DNA of 57,932 bases, from the NCBI GenBank assembly GCA_036918135.1, contig JBALDB010000010.1:1-57932 (forward strand), written 5' to 3'. Every line of letters begins with the position of its first letter. Within the stretch, counting starts at the first letter, position 1. The translations under genes were made by a program, and so were the position numbers. The notes under the pieces were generated by a model. The model was not told the origin of the DNA. It ran no database searches and saw only the letters and a program-made list of their open reading frames with translations. This document shows positions 29,311 to 40,113 of the stretch, one piece after another. Source of the stretch: Nostoc sp. (GTDB lineage: Bacteria; Cyanobacteriota; Cyanobacteriia; Cyanobacteriales; Nostocaceae).

Positions 29311-31107
29311 CTAAAGTTCTGAATGTTGAAAGGGGACGCTTAGACTTGTGTGTTCATCTTCTAAATGTAATCGATTTGGTAGAAACAAAGTAAACTCGCT
29401 ACCTTTTCCCAAAGTAGATGTAACAGTTACATCTCCACCATGCAAACGGGCTAATTTGCGTGTCAAAGCTAAACCCAAACCTGTGCCTTCGTACTGGCGA
29501 TTTAACTGACTGTCAAGCTGTTTAAACGGTTCAAATAGAAATTCAAACTGACTTGAGTCAATACCAATTCCAGTATCTAAAACTATAAATTTCATTCCTT
29601 GCGGTAGTTTTTTGACTACCAGGGATACCCAACCAACTGAGGTAAATTTAACAGCATTGCTGAGCAGGTTAAGTAGCATTTGCTTGATGCGCCGTTCATC
29701 AGCAATGCAAGTATCCGCTTTGGGGCCAATTTCACATGTGAGTTGCAATCCCTTTTCTAAAGCGCGATCGCGTACTGTCGATATAGCATAATTGCATATC
29801 TCTGACACTGACAAAGGTAAAAGCAACAATTCTTCTTTGCCTGCTTCCACCTTAGATAAGTCTAAGATATCGTTAATCACCGTCAATAACTGTTCGCCAC
29901 TACTATATATACAATCAATATATTCTTTTTGTTTTTCATTGAGAGAGCCAACTATTTCTTGTTGGAGCAATTGCGATAAGCCCATAATTGCATTCAGAGG
30001 TGTCCGTAGTTCATGGCTCATGGTTGCTAAAAATTCACTTTTTGCTCGACTGGCTGCTTGTGCTGCTTCTTGAGAAGCACGTAGTTTCGACTCGGTTTGC
30101 TTGCGTTCACTAATGTCCTCAATCATCGCAAGAAAAAACTCAGGTTGACCATTGCTATCCCGAATCATAGAAACAGAAATATGAGTCCAAACTAAGCTAC
30201 CATCTTGATGCTGGCAGCGTCTTTCCATTTCAATACAATATTTATCTACAGGTTGTTTAACTTCGATCCTTGAATTTTTCTCTAAATTTATGCTTATTTC
30301 TGAGACCAGTTGTCTGTAAATTTCTAAATCGCCTTTTTGTGTACAAACGTAATTTGTAAAGCGTTTGCTGTATAACTCTTCTCGGCTATATCCTAAAATC
30401 TCGCACAGTGCAGCATTAGTATCGACTATCTGCGCTTTCATATCTATAAGCGCAATACCGATAGAAGAACACTCAAAAATCGCCCGAAATTGGGCCTCAC
30501 TCTGCTGCAGTGCTTCCTGTGTGGTATTTCGCTGGCTTGCTTCTATAGCCAAGGTAACGAAATCTGCAATTGAACCGGCAAAAGTTTCTTCTTCCAAAGT
30601 CCATTGGCGAACTTTGCCTATGTGTTCGTGACAGACTACGCCCACTAAACGCCCTTCTAACCAAATTGGTGCATCCAGTAGTGATGTGATACCAAAAGTA
30701 GAAAGATAAGACTCTGATAATTCTTGAGTTCTGATATCATTTTTAGCATCATTTACAGCAATGCTACGTTCCTGTTCTAAAGCTTGAAAATAAGTAGGAT
30801 AATTTATTTTTAAAAGCGAGCTACTAAAAGTATGCTCTTTGGTATTCACATCGTATAAATCGATGCATTCCATTTTTGAACGTTCTTGATTATATAACCA
30901 CACCCCGACTCGCTCCACTAAGAGCGTCTGGGCAGCAGTTTCTGTGATTTCTCTTAAGGCCGCATTTAGATTACCTTGCTGAAATGTCTTGCTCCTTGCC
31001 AGTTGCACTAAGGTCTGGCTTTGTTTTCGCCGACTATCTTCTCTGATTTGTAAACCCTCTTGGGCTTCATTATACCCTGTGATATTTCTAGCCGCGGCCA
31101 CCTGCAT
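29311..31107 (-). CDS. GAF-PAS sensor histidine kinase
   Basis: GAF (SLLDAPI..GVVCHEH), PAS/PAC, H-box FLATMSHELRTPL, N-box NLLSNAVKFT, DTGIGI, GTGLGL. Confidence 0.95.
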   Translation of the reverse strand: MQVAAARNITGYNEAQEGLQIREDSRRKQSQTLVQLARSKTFQQGNLNAALREITETAAQTLLVERVGVWLYNQERSKMECIDLYDVNTKEHTFSSSLLKINYPTYFQALEQERSIAVNDAKNDIRTQELSESYLSTFGITSLLDAPIWLEGRLVGVVCHEHIGKVRQWTLEEETFAGSIADFVTLAIEASQRNTTQEALQQSEAQFRAIFECSSIGIALIDMKAQIVDTNAALCEILGYSREELYSKRFTNYVCTQKGDLEIYRQLVSEISINLEKNSRIEVKQPVDKYCIEMERRCQHQDGSLVWTHISVSMIRDSNGQPEFFLAMIEDISERKQTESKLRASQEAAQAASRAKSEFLATMSHELRTPLNAIMGLSQLLQQEIVGSLNEKQKEYIDCIYSSGEQLLTVINDILDLSKVEAGKEELLLLPLSVSEICNYAISTVRDRALEKGLQLTCEIGPKADTCIADERRIKQMLLNLLSNAVKFTSVGWVSLVVKKLPQGMKFIVLDTGIGIDSSQFEFLFEPFKQLDSQLNRQYEGTGLGLALTRKLARLHGGDVTVTSTLGKGSEFTLFLPNRLHLEDEHTSLSVPFQHSEL

Positions 31108-31575
31108 GAGTTGTCCTCAAGAAGAGATAATTTTGTCTGGCAGTTCTACGGGGAAAGTAGAACCGTCTTTGTATAACTAGAATTACTGCATAGGATTTTT
31201 CAGAACCGGAAAATATATTTATTTAAATAAAATCTTCTAATTCTGGAATGACAAGTTCCAGATTAGAATTTGCCAATCACTTTTACAAGTTCATAGCAGT
31301 CTTTGTTGCCTCAATGAATCATGATTGGCATTTAAAATTATTTAACTATCAAGTAGTATAGTATTTTTAAAAGTTGACTTGCACGGCTAATGTAATCATT
31401 ACATCACTTAATTACCGTAATTGCTACCTCGATTCATTAAGATACCGCTGCTCTGCTTTGGATTCTTGGTTAGTCCTGACTACCAAAATATCCTTGAATT
31501 CGCCTACAGAAAGATATCTAATGACTTAAATTTTGCCAGAATTAAGTTAATATTAGCTGTTGCAAAGGTAGAGTG

Positions 31576-32502
31576 ATGATAGATAGTAGTATAAGAATTG
31601 TTTCCTTAATTCCTAGTGGAACAGAGATTTTAGCGACATTAGGATTGGTTGATGCTATTGTAGGGCGATCGCACGAATGCGATTACCCGCCAGAAATCCA
31701 AAATCGGCCCATTTGTACCCAAGCACGTTTAGACTCCAATGCCTCCAGCAGCCAAATTCACGATGACGTAAATAATTTATTACAATCTGCTCTGAGTATC
31801 TATGAAATTAAAACAGATGTTTTAGAGCAGTTGCAGCCTACCCATATTCTCACTCAAGACCAGTGTGATGTATGTGCTGTCAGCTTTGATGAAGTCGAAA
31901 AGGCAGTTGCTACACTCCTTAAGAGCCAACCCCAGATTATTTCTTTACAACCTAACATTCTTGAGGATATTTGCACTGACATTGAAAGAGTTGGCAACAT
32001 CTTCGGTGTAGACTCAGTAAAAGTCATAGAAAATTTAGAGGCTCGCATCAAAATTTGCAAACAAAAAATTCAAGGACTTGCTTTAAATGAACTGCCCACT
32101 GTCACCTGCATTGAGTGGTTCGATCCTTTGATGATTGCGGCGAATTGGATTCCGGAATTGGTTAACTTGGCAGGAGGGCAATCCCTATTTGGTGTCGCGG
32201 GTCAGCCTTCTCCTGTGCTACCGTGGGAAACACTAATAGCAAGTAATCCAGATATAATTGTTTTGATGCCTTGCGGCTTTGATTTAAATCGTACTCGCCA
32301 AGAAGCCCAGGTTTTAACTCAACTTCCACAATGGCAAAAACTACACGCCACTCAAACAGGTAGGGTCTACATTACTGATGGCAATTCTTACTTCAATCGT
32401 CCAGGGCCGCGACTGGTAGATTCTCTGGAAATTTTGGCAGAAATTTTACATCCAGAAATTTTTGAATACGGCTACAAAGGAACTGGTTGGGAACCTTTAT
32501 AA
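31576..32502 (+). CDS. BtuF/FepB-like (cobalamin/iron-complex) substrate-binding family protein
   Basis: RIVSLIPSGTEI, VGRSHECDYP, YFNRPGPRL; no signal peptide evident. Confidence 0.85.
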   Translation: MIDSSIRIVSLIPSGTEILATLGLVDAIVGRSHECDYPPEIQNRPICTQARLDSNASSSQIHDDVNNLLQSALSIYEIKTDVLEQLQPTHILTQDQCDVCAVSFDEVEKAVATLLKSQPQIISLQPNILEDICTDIERVGNIFGVDSVKVIENLEARIKICKQKIQGLALNELPTVTCIEWFDPLMIAANWIPELVNLAGGQSLFGVAGQPSPVLPWETLIASNPDIIVLMPCGFDLNRTRQEAQVLTQLPQWQKLHATQTGRVYITDGNSYFNRPGPRLVDSLEILAEILHPEIFEYGYKGTGWEPL

Positions 32503-32564
32503 AGAATTTAGAAATCACAATTTAGGAGCAAAGCAAGGAAAGCTCCTGAATCGTGAATTCTTCT

Positions 32565-32867
32565 TCAAGATATTTGTTCAGAATCAGATGATGGTTCATT
32601 GTTAAATAACAGTAGACGTGCAGCCAGAATCGCAAATCCCACAGCAGCGATCGCTTTAATCAAGCGTGTAGGTAACAATTCTGCTACTGCTCCTCCTGCT
32701 AATACTCCCAAAAAGCTTGTCAACAGTAGTGCTAATGCTGAACCAAAAAATACAGCACGCGGAGATTGACAACGCCCTGAAAGTGCGATCGCCGCTAGCT
32801 GACTTTTGTCACCTAATTCTGACAAAAAAACTGTAATAAAGCTCAATCCAAGAAGATGCCAATCCAT
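32565..32867 (-). CDS. TMEM165/GDT1 (UPF0016) family protein, half-size
   Basis: ELGDKSQL motif, 3 TM. Confidence 0.9.
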   Translation of the reverse strand: MDWHLLGLSFITVFLSELGDKSQLAAIALSGRCQSPRAVFFGSALALLLTSFLGVLAGGAVAELLPTRLIKAIAAVGFAILAARLLLFNNEPSSDSEQIS

Positions 32868-32924
32868 ATTATTAGGGGAAATGTAGGGGACACAGAGGAA
32901 TAATTAATAATCGATAGTCAATGA

Positions 32925-33362
32925 CTAATAACCAATAAATACATCCCAAAACAGCATTAGAGAAATCAACAACAACATCACGCCTGCTGATTTTTCTACA
33001 GTTTTTGGGCTGAGTCGGGTGGCTATCCAACCACCTAAAAGTACACCTAATAAACTGGTGGTTATGAGTGCAGCCGCAGATCCGAGAAATACTATCCACG
33101 GTGAATGAGATTCCGCACTCATTAACAAAGTAGATAGCTGAGTCTTATCTCCAATTTCTGCTAAAAAGATAGTTATAAAGGTTGTACCAAAAACTACTAG
33201 CGCTGATTTCTGCTTTTGAGGATTATCCGCAACTACAGGCTGAACTGGCAAGCAGCGAGCAGGGGTTAAGTTAAAATCATCGCTATCTTTGAGTTCTAGG
33301 TCTATCTCAGATGGAGATATGCCAGAAATGCCTAGAGGTGCAGAATGTAGTTTCACAGGCAA
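32925..33362 (-). CDS. TMEM165/GDT1 (UPF0016) family protein, half-size
   Basis: EIGDKTQL motif, 3 TM. Confidence 0.9.
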   Translation of the reverse strand: MPVKLHSAPLGISGISPSEIDLELKDSDDFNLTPARCLPVQPVVADNPQKQKSALVVFGTTFITIFLAEIGDKTQLSTLLMSAESHSPWIVFLGSAAALITTSLLGVLLGGWIATRLSPKTVEKSAGVMLLLISLMLFWDVFIGY

Positions 33363-33455
33363 TAGTTTTGTTGCTAGGTTGTTTTCATATTTCTATCATT
33401 TTCTCAGATTTTTATCATAAATTGCAACCCCAAACAAAAAATGAGCATTGGAGTG

Positions 33456-33806
33456 TCAAAAGCCAATAGCTTGATTAAACCAGAGTATTTCTAAACTGCG
33501 ATCGCCGTATACTCCCTCTATTTGCTGACGACAGCAGTCAATGGCAAAATCATTGAGTTCTTCTGGTTCAATCCCATACATATCTTGAAAGACTTCTGAT
33601 TCCACGCGACAAAAGCGCGGGCGATTTGGGTAGATGCGGCACTCTCGCGTAGTATGGTCAAAATTAATACACCATCCTCCTTCACCTACCATGCTAAGGT
33701 AAAGTTCTAGTTCTGGAGGCGAGAGATACTCATCCAAATCTGGACGCTCTGCTGGATCGAGATGACAGCAGGCTCCACATTGTTTTACACATTGCCAAGT
33801 TGACAT
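33456..33806 (-). CDS. YkgJ-family cysteine cluster protein
   Basis: CVKQCGACC, C..YPNRPRFCR; ATG 33806. Confidence 0.9.
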   Translation of the reverse strand: MSTWQCVKQCGACCHLDPAERPDLDEYLSPPELELYLSMVGEGGWCINFDHTTRECRIYPNRPRFCRVESEVFQDMYGIEPEELNDFAIDCCRQQIEGVYGDRSLEILWFNQAIGF

Positions 33807-34176
33807 TTGGGATTGGGGATTGGCGGCTGGGTACTGGGTATTATAGCGATTTTCGTTTGGCACGCTGTAGGCTAATACAGCTGTAGTACCCTACGAACGT
33901 CTGTATTTTACTCAATTAAGAACAGCTATAACGATTGGGTACTGGGTATTAGAAAATAGTATTTTTAATCTTATTCTTTAGTCCCTACTCTCTACTCACC
34001 CTTATCCTCAGGCGAGGCCCTAAGTCCCCTAATCCTCGATTCCTCATATTTTATGTTTTTTCTTATAATTTTGTTAAGTAAATTAAATCTTACAGCCTGC
34101 GGCCAGATATGATCGATTGCGGGTTTCTAACAAAGTATTGAATTTTTTAAACCAAATTAGGAGGAGAAAAGGAAAA

Positions 34177-34320
34177 ATGTTTGACGCTGTGTCTGATTTA
34201 TTTAACGCTTTTACCAGCATCAATTGGGAAGTTATTTTTCAATTACTGTCCGTGGCGCTAATCGTGATTGCTGGCCCAGCAGTAATCTTTGTGCTAGCAT
34301 TTCGCAACGGTAACCTTTAA
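34177..34320 (+). CDS. psb30: photosystem II protein Psb30/Ycf12
   Basis: [40 protein letters not shown]. Confidence 0.95.
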   Translation: MFDAVSDLFNAFTSINWEVIFQLLSVALIVIAGPAVIFVLAFRNGNL

Positions 34321-34493
34321 GAGTACTGAGTGCTGATTGAGAGTTAATAATTGAGTGTTAAGAGTGAGAAATCAAAATTTTCTTCTTAACTTATGCAGTA
34401 GAATTGGTGAGTTGAGGAGTGAAAAACTTTTTATAACTTCGCTAGCAGACAAATCCTTGTGTACTTCAGTCTGCTTGAAATCTGCTGTAACTC

Positions 34494-36614
34494 TTAACTA
34501 CCTAACTCAGCACTCCGTACTGATAAAGCTTGAAGGGCTGCCTGGATAATACTGTCATATTGTGGTTGAGAAATATCAATTTCTTTGGCATCTTGACGAT
34601 TGGTGCCAAGCAAACCGTTTACCTGTCCTGGTTGGATGGCCAAGATTTTGCCTTCAGGATTTTTAATTCTTAATTCTGCTGCTAAACCATTTTTATAGAA
34701 ACCACAAGTATAGTGTCGCTGGTTGTATTCAAAAGTGGTGCTTGAGGAGGTAGGCGGCGAAACAAAAAATTGTTGAACTGGAATTGGCAATCTCACACCT
34801 ACTAACTCTAGCTCGATGGTAGTGTTACCGTTAAAGTGATTCTCTCGCAGTTTATAAGCAACATCCACTCGTAATGGTAGGCGGAAGTAATCGCGCCAAC
34901 GCCAAGCGATCGCTTTAATTTTATACTGTTGACCATCGACAGTTTGAGCAATTGTCAGTTTGATATGACCTTTGCCAACAATTTGCTGCTCAACTACTTG
35001 GACATTAGGTGTCCAAAAAATCGGATCGGGATTATCGATACCGCAAGGATGCAGAGCGTTAAGCTGTTGATAAAGCTGCTGATTGATTTGATTGAGGTTG
35101 ACTTCGGCATCAATTTTCAGCAGAGGCTTGAGATGTTGGGGTTCAAGACATCCGTTGGCAAACTCAATCAAACGCGATCGCAACCCCTGCAAATTTTCTG
35201 CTGGTAAAGAAAATCCGCCGGCTGCTTTGTGTCCGCCAAATTTTCCTAATAAATCGTGGCAATATTCCAAAGCTGCAAATACATCAAACTCTGGAATTCC
35301 TCGTGCTGAACCGCGTGTGTGTTGCTCGTCTTCATACGTACCAATAAACACAGGGACGCCGTAGCGTTCCACCAAGCGAGAGGCGACGATACCGATAACC
35401 CCGTGATGCCAATTGGGTTGTACAACAACTAATATACGGTCTTGCTGTAGAGATGCCACAAATTCTGTCTCTACAAAAGCGATCGCTTCTTGTTCAATTT
35501 GCTCGCACATTTGCTGGCGAGAGGTGTTGACTTGTTCGCACTGCATTGCTCTTTCGAGTGCCACTCCCATATCATCTGTAGTTAGCAGTTCAATCACAGT
35601 CAGAGGATTACCAATTCGACCAATAGCATTAATTCGCGGCCCTAAACGAAACCCGATATCTTCAGGCTTCAGAGATTTGGGATTTGGGATTTGGGATTTG
35701 GGAACTTTATCCTCTGCCCCTTGCCCCCTGCTCCCTGCTCCCTCATCTCCTCTGGCTTGCACCCCAGCTACCTGAATTAACGCTTGGATTCCAGGTAAAT
35801 TGGATTTGGGTAAATGCTGTAAACCGCGTTTCACCCAACGACGATTCACACCAGTTAAAGGAGCTAAATCTGCGATCGTTCCCAGTGTAAATAGTGCTAG
35901 CATCGGTCTAATTAAGCCTTGAGTCTCCCCTAACTGTTGTGCTAGAGACACTGCCAATATGTAGGCGACACCAACACCAGCAACACCCCGATAAGGTGAG
36001 GATTCTGCTATGAGTTTGGGGTTGAGGATAGCATTAGCTGGTGGTAGTTTTTGGGGAATGTCGTGGTGGTCGGTAATAATAACTGCAAGACCAAGTTCTC
36101 TAGCTCTAGCTATTGGTTCAAATGCAGAAATGCCATTATCTACAGTGAGAATTAGTCCCACACCTTCGCTGTGAAATTCTTCAACTATGCGCTTATTAAT
36201 ACCATAGCCTTCATGCATTCGACTGGGAATAGCATAATCTACTTGTGCGCCTAAAGTGCGGAGACTACGCAAAAGTAAAGCAGTGCTAGTCATGCCATCA
36301 GCATCATAGTCACCACAAATAGCGATTTTTGCTTGAGAGGCGATCGCATTTTGTAACAACTCCAAACTAATTGCTAAATCTGGGAATTCCTCCAACGGCG
36401 AAGGTAAGACTAAAGACTCTGGATTTAAAAATGCTTGTACCTGTTCTGGTATTTCTATACCCCGATTAATCAGCAATTGGCTGACAATCGGTGAAATGTT
36501 TGTTAAAACCGCCAGATTTTGGGCAAATTCTGGTTTTTGTGGATAAATCTGCCAGCGCTGATTGGGTAAGCGTCTGTGAGGCTTTGATACTTCAGATACA
36601 GCTCGGTCTAGCAC
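34494..36614 (-). CDS. recJ: single-stranded-DNA-specific exonuclease RecJ
   Basis: GDYDADG, TVDNG, TDHH, GTIAD, PRINA, RGSAR, GGH.AAGG. Confidence 0.95.
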   Translation of the reverse strand: MLDRAVSEVSKPHRRLPNQRWQIYPQKPEFAQNLAVLTNISPIVSQLLINRGIEIPEQVQAFLNPESLVLPSPLEEFPDLAISLELLQNAIASQAKIAICGDYDADGMTSTALLLRSLRTLGAQVDYAIPSRMHEGYGINKRIVEEFHSEGVGLILTVDNGISAFEPIARARELGLAVIITDHHDIPQKLPPANAILNPKLIAESSPYRGVAGVGVAYILAVSLAQQLGETQGLIRPMLALFTLGTIADLAPLTGVNRRWVKRGLQHLPKSNLPGIQALIQVAGVQARGDEGAGSRGQGAEDKVPKSQIPNPKSLKPEDIGFRLGPRINAIGRIGNPLTVIELLTTDDMGVALERAMQCEQVNTSRQQMCEQIEQEAIAFVETEFVASLQQDRILVVVQPNWHHGVIGIVASRLVERYGVPVFIGTYEDEQHTRGSARGIPEFDVFAALEYCHDLLGKFGGHKAAGGFSLPAENLQGLRSRLIEFANGCLEPQHLKPLLKIDAEVNLNQINQQLYQQLNALHPCGIDNPDPIFWTPNVQVVEQQIVGKGHIKLTIAQTVDGQQYKIKAIAWRWRDYFRLPLRVDVAYKLRENHFNGNTTIELELVGVRLPIPVQQFFVSPPTSSSTTFEYNQRHYTCGFYKNGLAAELRIKNPEGKILAIQPGQVNGLLGTNRQDAKEIDISQPQYDSIIQAALQALSVRSAELGS

Positions 36615-36696
36615 AATAAAAGTTAGGAGTTTTTAGTTATGAGTGTTGAATTGAAAGTTGTTTCTTAACTCATAACTAATAACATTAATTTACTAT

Positions 36697-37122
36697 CTAG
36701 AACACGTTTATCCTACCATCATCCATAATATACAACGAGCGATCGCCCGGAGAGCGCAAAGTCGGACGCAGTTCCAGCCGCAATGTGCCGAAGTTCGGTT
36801 TTGAGACAATTGCTTGTAGCGATAAACCCTTTTCGCTCCAAAATATTAAAGATGTATTTGGTTCTGTACCTTCTATTTCTTCTAAATTTAATTTTTGTCC
36901 TGGATTCAAAGATATGGCGTCAGTCCCGGAGGGTTTTTGGATTTTTATTAAATTGGGTGTGCTATTTACAACTTCAACCCGGATGTGTTGTCCAGGAGTA
37001 AACTGAATTGGACGCGGCCCACATTTAGACGCACATGTTCCCGCCAAGGTAACATCGGGGTTATTAATGGATGCTGTAAGAACACTAAATGCAATTAAAG
37101 CAAATGACAAAGGCTTAAACAT
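36697..37122 (-). CDS. conserved hypothetical secreted protein
   Basis: Signal peptide then AGTCASKCG. Confidence 0.75.
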   Translation of the reverse strand: MFKPLSFALIAFSVLTASINNPDVTLAGTCASKCGPRPIQFTPGQHIRVEVVNSTPNLIKIQKPSGTDAISLNPGQKLNLEEIEGTEPNTSLIFWSEKGLSLQAIVSKPNFGTLRLELRPTLRSPGDRSLYIMDDGRINVF

Positions 37123-37283
37123 AATACACAGTATAAGTACTTAACTAAAATTTTACTTCAGTCAAGTACTATCAAGCCTCAGCATATTTTCCAGAATGGT
37201 TATTTAAATCGAAGTGCAAGGGAATAATAGTTGCTCACAACTCAACTTAGCTTTTACCTTTCTCCTTCCACTGTGATGTCTCT

Positions 37284-38111
37284 TTAACCGAAACGTCCAC
37301 TAATATAATCCTCAGCTTCTTTGGTTTGAGGAGAACTGAACATTTGCAGTGTCGGACTGAACTCAACTAATTTTCCCCGACGTTTGCCATGCTCGTCAAT
37401 TTCTGTATTGAAGAAAGCCGTAAAATCTGCGACTCTAGATGCTTGCTGCATGTTATGAGTCACTATGATGATAGTGTATTGTTGCTTAAGTTCTAAGCAC
37501 AATTCTTCTACTTGGCGGCTAGAAATTGGGTCAAGAGCAGAACATGGTTCATCCATTAATAATACATCTGGTTTCATAGCGATCGCTCTTGCGATGCAAA
37601 GCCGTTGCTGTTGTCCTCCAGATAATGCAGTTCCCTTTTCTTTGAGTTTGTCTTTGACTTCATCCCAGATAGCGGCGCGTCTGAGGGAATCTTCCACCAA
37701 GTCATCGATATTACCTTTATAACCGTTAGAACGGGGGCCAAAGGCAATGTTTTCGTATATTGACTTCGGAAAAGGATTAGGTCTTTGAAAAACCATTCCG
37801 ACTTGGCGGCGTAATTTTACAGAATTGATTTTTGGGTCGTAAATATTGCGATCGCGATAATTCAGTCTCCCCTCTACCCTAGCTCCAGGAATTAAATCAT
37901 TCATCCGATTGAAGCAACGTAGTAAAGTACTTTTACCACATCCTGAAGGCCCAATAAAAGCAATAATTTGTTTTTCTGGAATCTTTAAGTAAACATCTAA
38001 AAGTGCCAGAAATCCCCCGTAGTATACTTTTACTCCTTCAGCATTAAATACTGCATTTGCTGGTTCTATTGTGGTACTATCTTCTTGACTTCTTCTATTG
38101 CTGTAAGTCAT
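37284..38111 (-). CDS. pstB: phosphate ABC transporter ATPase
   Basis: [44 protein letters not shown]. Confidence 0.95.
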   Translation of the reverse strand: MTYSNRRSQEDSTTIEPANAVFNAEGVKVYYGGFLALLDVYLKIPEKQIIAFIGPSGCGKSTLLRCFNRMNDLIPGARVEGRLNYRDRNIYDPKINSVKLRRQVGMVFQRPNPFPKSIYENIAFGPRSNGYKGNIDDLVEDSLRRAAIWDEVKDKLKEKGTALSGGQQQRLCIARAIAMKPDVLLMDEPCSALDPISSRQVEELCLELKQQYTIIIVTHNMQQASRVADFTAFFNTEIDEHGKRRGKLVEFSPTLQMFSSPQTKEAEDYISGRFG

Positions 38112-38216
38112 TTTTTGCTTCTCCAAATTTTAGAAAAACTTTTAAACTCTAGTTGTATACCTACTGGGTATTGTTCAAATAATCAAGCTTATTAATTTGG
38201 AATTATTACCAATTAT

Positions 38217-39116
38217 CTAATTTATTGCAAAGCGTTGCCTAATATAAATTGCTAGACCATTTAAAGCTAAAATTAAGAGTAATAATGCAATAATTGTGGC
38301 TGCTGCTGCACTAGCAAAACCTGGTTCTGGACGAGTGATGTAGCTATAAATTTGAATAGGTAAAGCCATAAATCTCTGGAATAAACCAGGATCGAAGGTA
38401 AGAAAACCCACAGCACCTACAACAATTAAAGACGCTGCATCACCAATAGCACGAGATACAGAGATAATTACCCCAGTTAGGATACCAGGAACAGCATAAG
38501 GTATGACATGATGGCTGATAGTTCGCCATTTGGTAACACCTAATCCGTAAGAAGCATTTCTTAGGGAATCTGGAACAGCGCGAATTGCTTCTCTAGCTGT
38601 CACAATAATTACTGGTAAAGATAATAATGATAAAGTCAATGCTCCAGAAATCAAAGCGGGGCCAAATCCAAGCAGATAATTAAAAACTCCTAAACCCAGT
38701 AATCCATAGACAATAGAAGGTACTCCCGCTAGATTGCTGATATTAATCTCAACAATCGCTGTCCACCAAGCTTTAGGTGCATACTCCTCTAGATATAAAG
38801 CTGCTCCTACACCAATTGGTACAGTCACGAAAATCACAACAAACCCTAAAAGAACACTGCTGATAATTGCAGGACGAATACCACCTTGGTCAGGAAAACG
38901 AGAAGGAGTTTCCGTAAGAAAGCCTGGTGATAAAAATCTGCCTAATCCGTCTCGCAAAATATCAAATAATAGCAACACTAAGATAAATAAACCAATCAGC
39001 AATCCTAACAAAAAAACTACTTCAAATACTTTCCCTAGTGTCTCCCTACTTTCAACATTATCGGTAAATTCTACCGCAGAATCTAGAGAATCATTTTGTT
39101 GATAATTTGTAGCCAT
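38217..39116 (-). CDS. pstA: phosphate ABC transporter permease
   Basis: NLAGVPSIVYGLLG, EAIRAVP, SRAIGD. Confidence 0.93.
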   Translation of the reverse strand: MATNYQQNDSLDSAVEFTDNVESRETLGKVFEVVFLLGLLIGLFILVLLLFDILRDGLGRFLSPGFLTETPSRFPDQGGIRPAIISSVLLGFVVIFVTVPIGVGAALYLEEYAPKAWWTAIVEINISNLAGVPSIVYGLLGLGVFNYLLGFGPALISGALTLSLLSLPVIIVTAREAIRAVPDSLRNASYGLGVTKWRTISHHVIPYAVPGILTGVIISVSRAIGDAASLIVVGAVGFLTFDPGLFQRFMALPIQIYSYITRPEPGFASAAAATIIALLLLILALNGLAIYIRQRFAIN

Positions 39117-39122
39117 ATCTAT

Positions 39123-40064
39123 TTAGTCGTATTTTTCTTTAAAGCGATTAGCAATCCAGTAACTAACAATATTCAAAGCAAGGGTAAGTAGAAACAGAAC
39201 AGCACCTACAGCATACAATGTCTTGAAATTGAGACTACCACGTGGACTATCTCCACCAGAAATTTGTGCCATGTAAGCTGTCATTGTTTCTATTGATTCC
39301 GCAAAATTAACAGTTAACCTTGGTTGTTGTCCGGCAGCGATGAGAACAGTCATTGTTTCACCCACAGCTCGAGAAATACCCAAGATAATCGAGGCTATGA
39401 TTCCAGAAAGTGCCGCTGGTAGAACTACTTTAAAAATAGTTTCTAGTTTAGTGATGCCTATAGCATAGGCTCCTTCTCGTAAAGAACGTGGAACTGCTCG
39501 GATAGCATCTAAGCTGATAGAACCAACCGTGGGAGTAATCATTATCCCCATCATTAACCCAGCACTCAAGGCATTAAAAATTTCTAGAGGGATAATATTC
39601 CGCAGTAATGGTGTTACGAATAACAGTGCAAAGTAGCCATAGACTACCGTTGGTACTCCTGCTAAAAGTTCTACTGCTGGACGTAAAATTGCTGCTACTT
39701 TGGGTTGAGCATACTCACTTAAATAAATAGCAGAAGATAAACCCAAAGGAATAGCAACTGCCATTGCAATAGCTGTAGTCAAGAAAGTGCCATTAATCAA
39801 TGGCCAAACACCAAAATGTCTATCGGCAAATAAAGGTGTCCATTTAGTATCAAGAAAAAATTGGGCAAAGGAGACTTCTTGAAAAAAACCGAATGTCTCC
39901 TGAAAAATAATTATGACAATTCCAAAGGTAGTCAAAACCGAGACTAAAGCACAAGCAAATAAAATCGCCACAATAATCTTTTCTGAAATATCTTCAGATG
40001 CATTTTTCTCCAGTGACTCTCTGGATTGTAAATAAGGAGCGTCTTGAGAATTTGCATTTTGCAT
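39123..40064 (-). CDS. pstC: phosphate ABC transporter permease
   Basis: [20 protein letters not shown]. Confidence 0.93.
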   Translation of the reverse strand: MQNANSQDAPYLQSRESLEKNASEDISEKIIVAILFACALVSVLTTFGIVIIIFQETFGFFQEVSFAQFFLDTKWTPLFADRHFGVWPLINGTFLTTAIAMAVAIPLGLSSAIYLSEYAQPKVAAILRPAVELLAGVPTVVYGYFALLFVTPLLRNIIPLEIFNALSAGLMMGIMITPTVGSISLDAIRAVPRSLREGAYAIGITKLETIFKVVLPAALSGIIASIILGISRAVGETMTVLIAAGQQPRLTVNFAESIETMTAYMAQISGGDSPRGSLNFKTLYAVGAVLFLLTLALNIVSYWIANRFKEKYD

Positions 40065-40113
40065 AAACAATTAACTTATCACTAAAATTAAACTACAATG
40101 ACTGAAACTTTAT

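Noticed and set aside
31140..31570. Cobalamin riboswitch upstream of the BtuF-like gene
   Set aside because: Only a small hairpin GTTCTAC-GGGGAAA-GTAGAAC; no B12-box elements recognised
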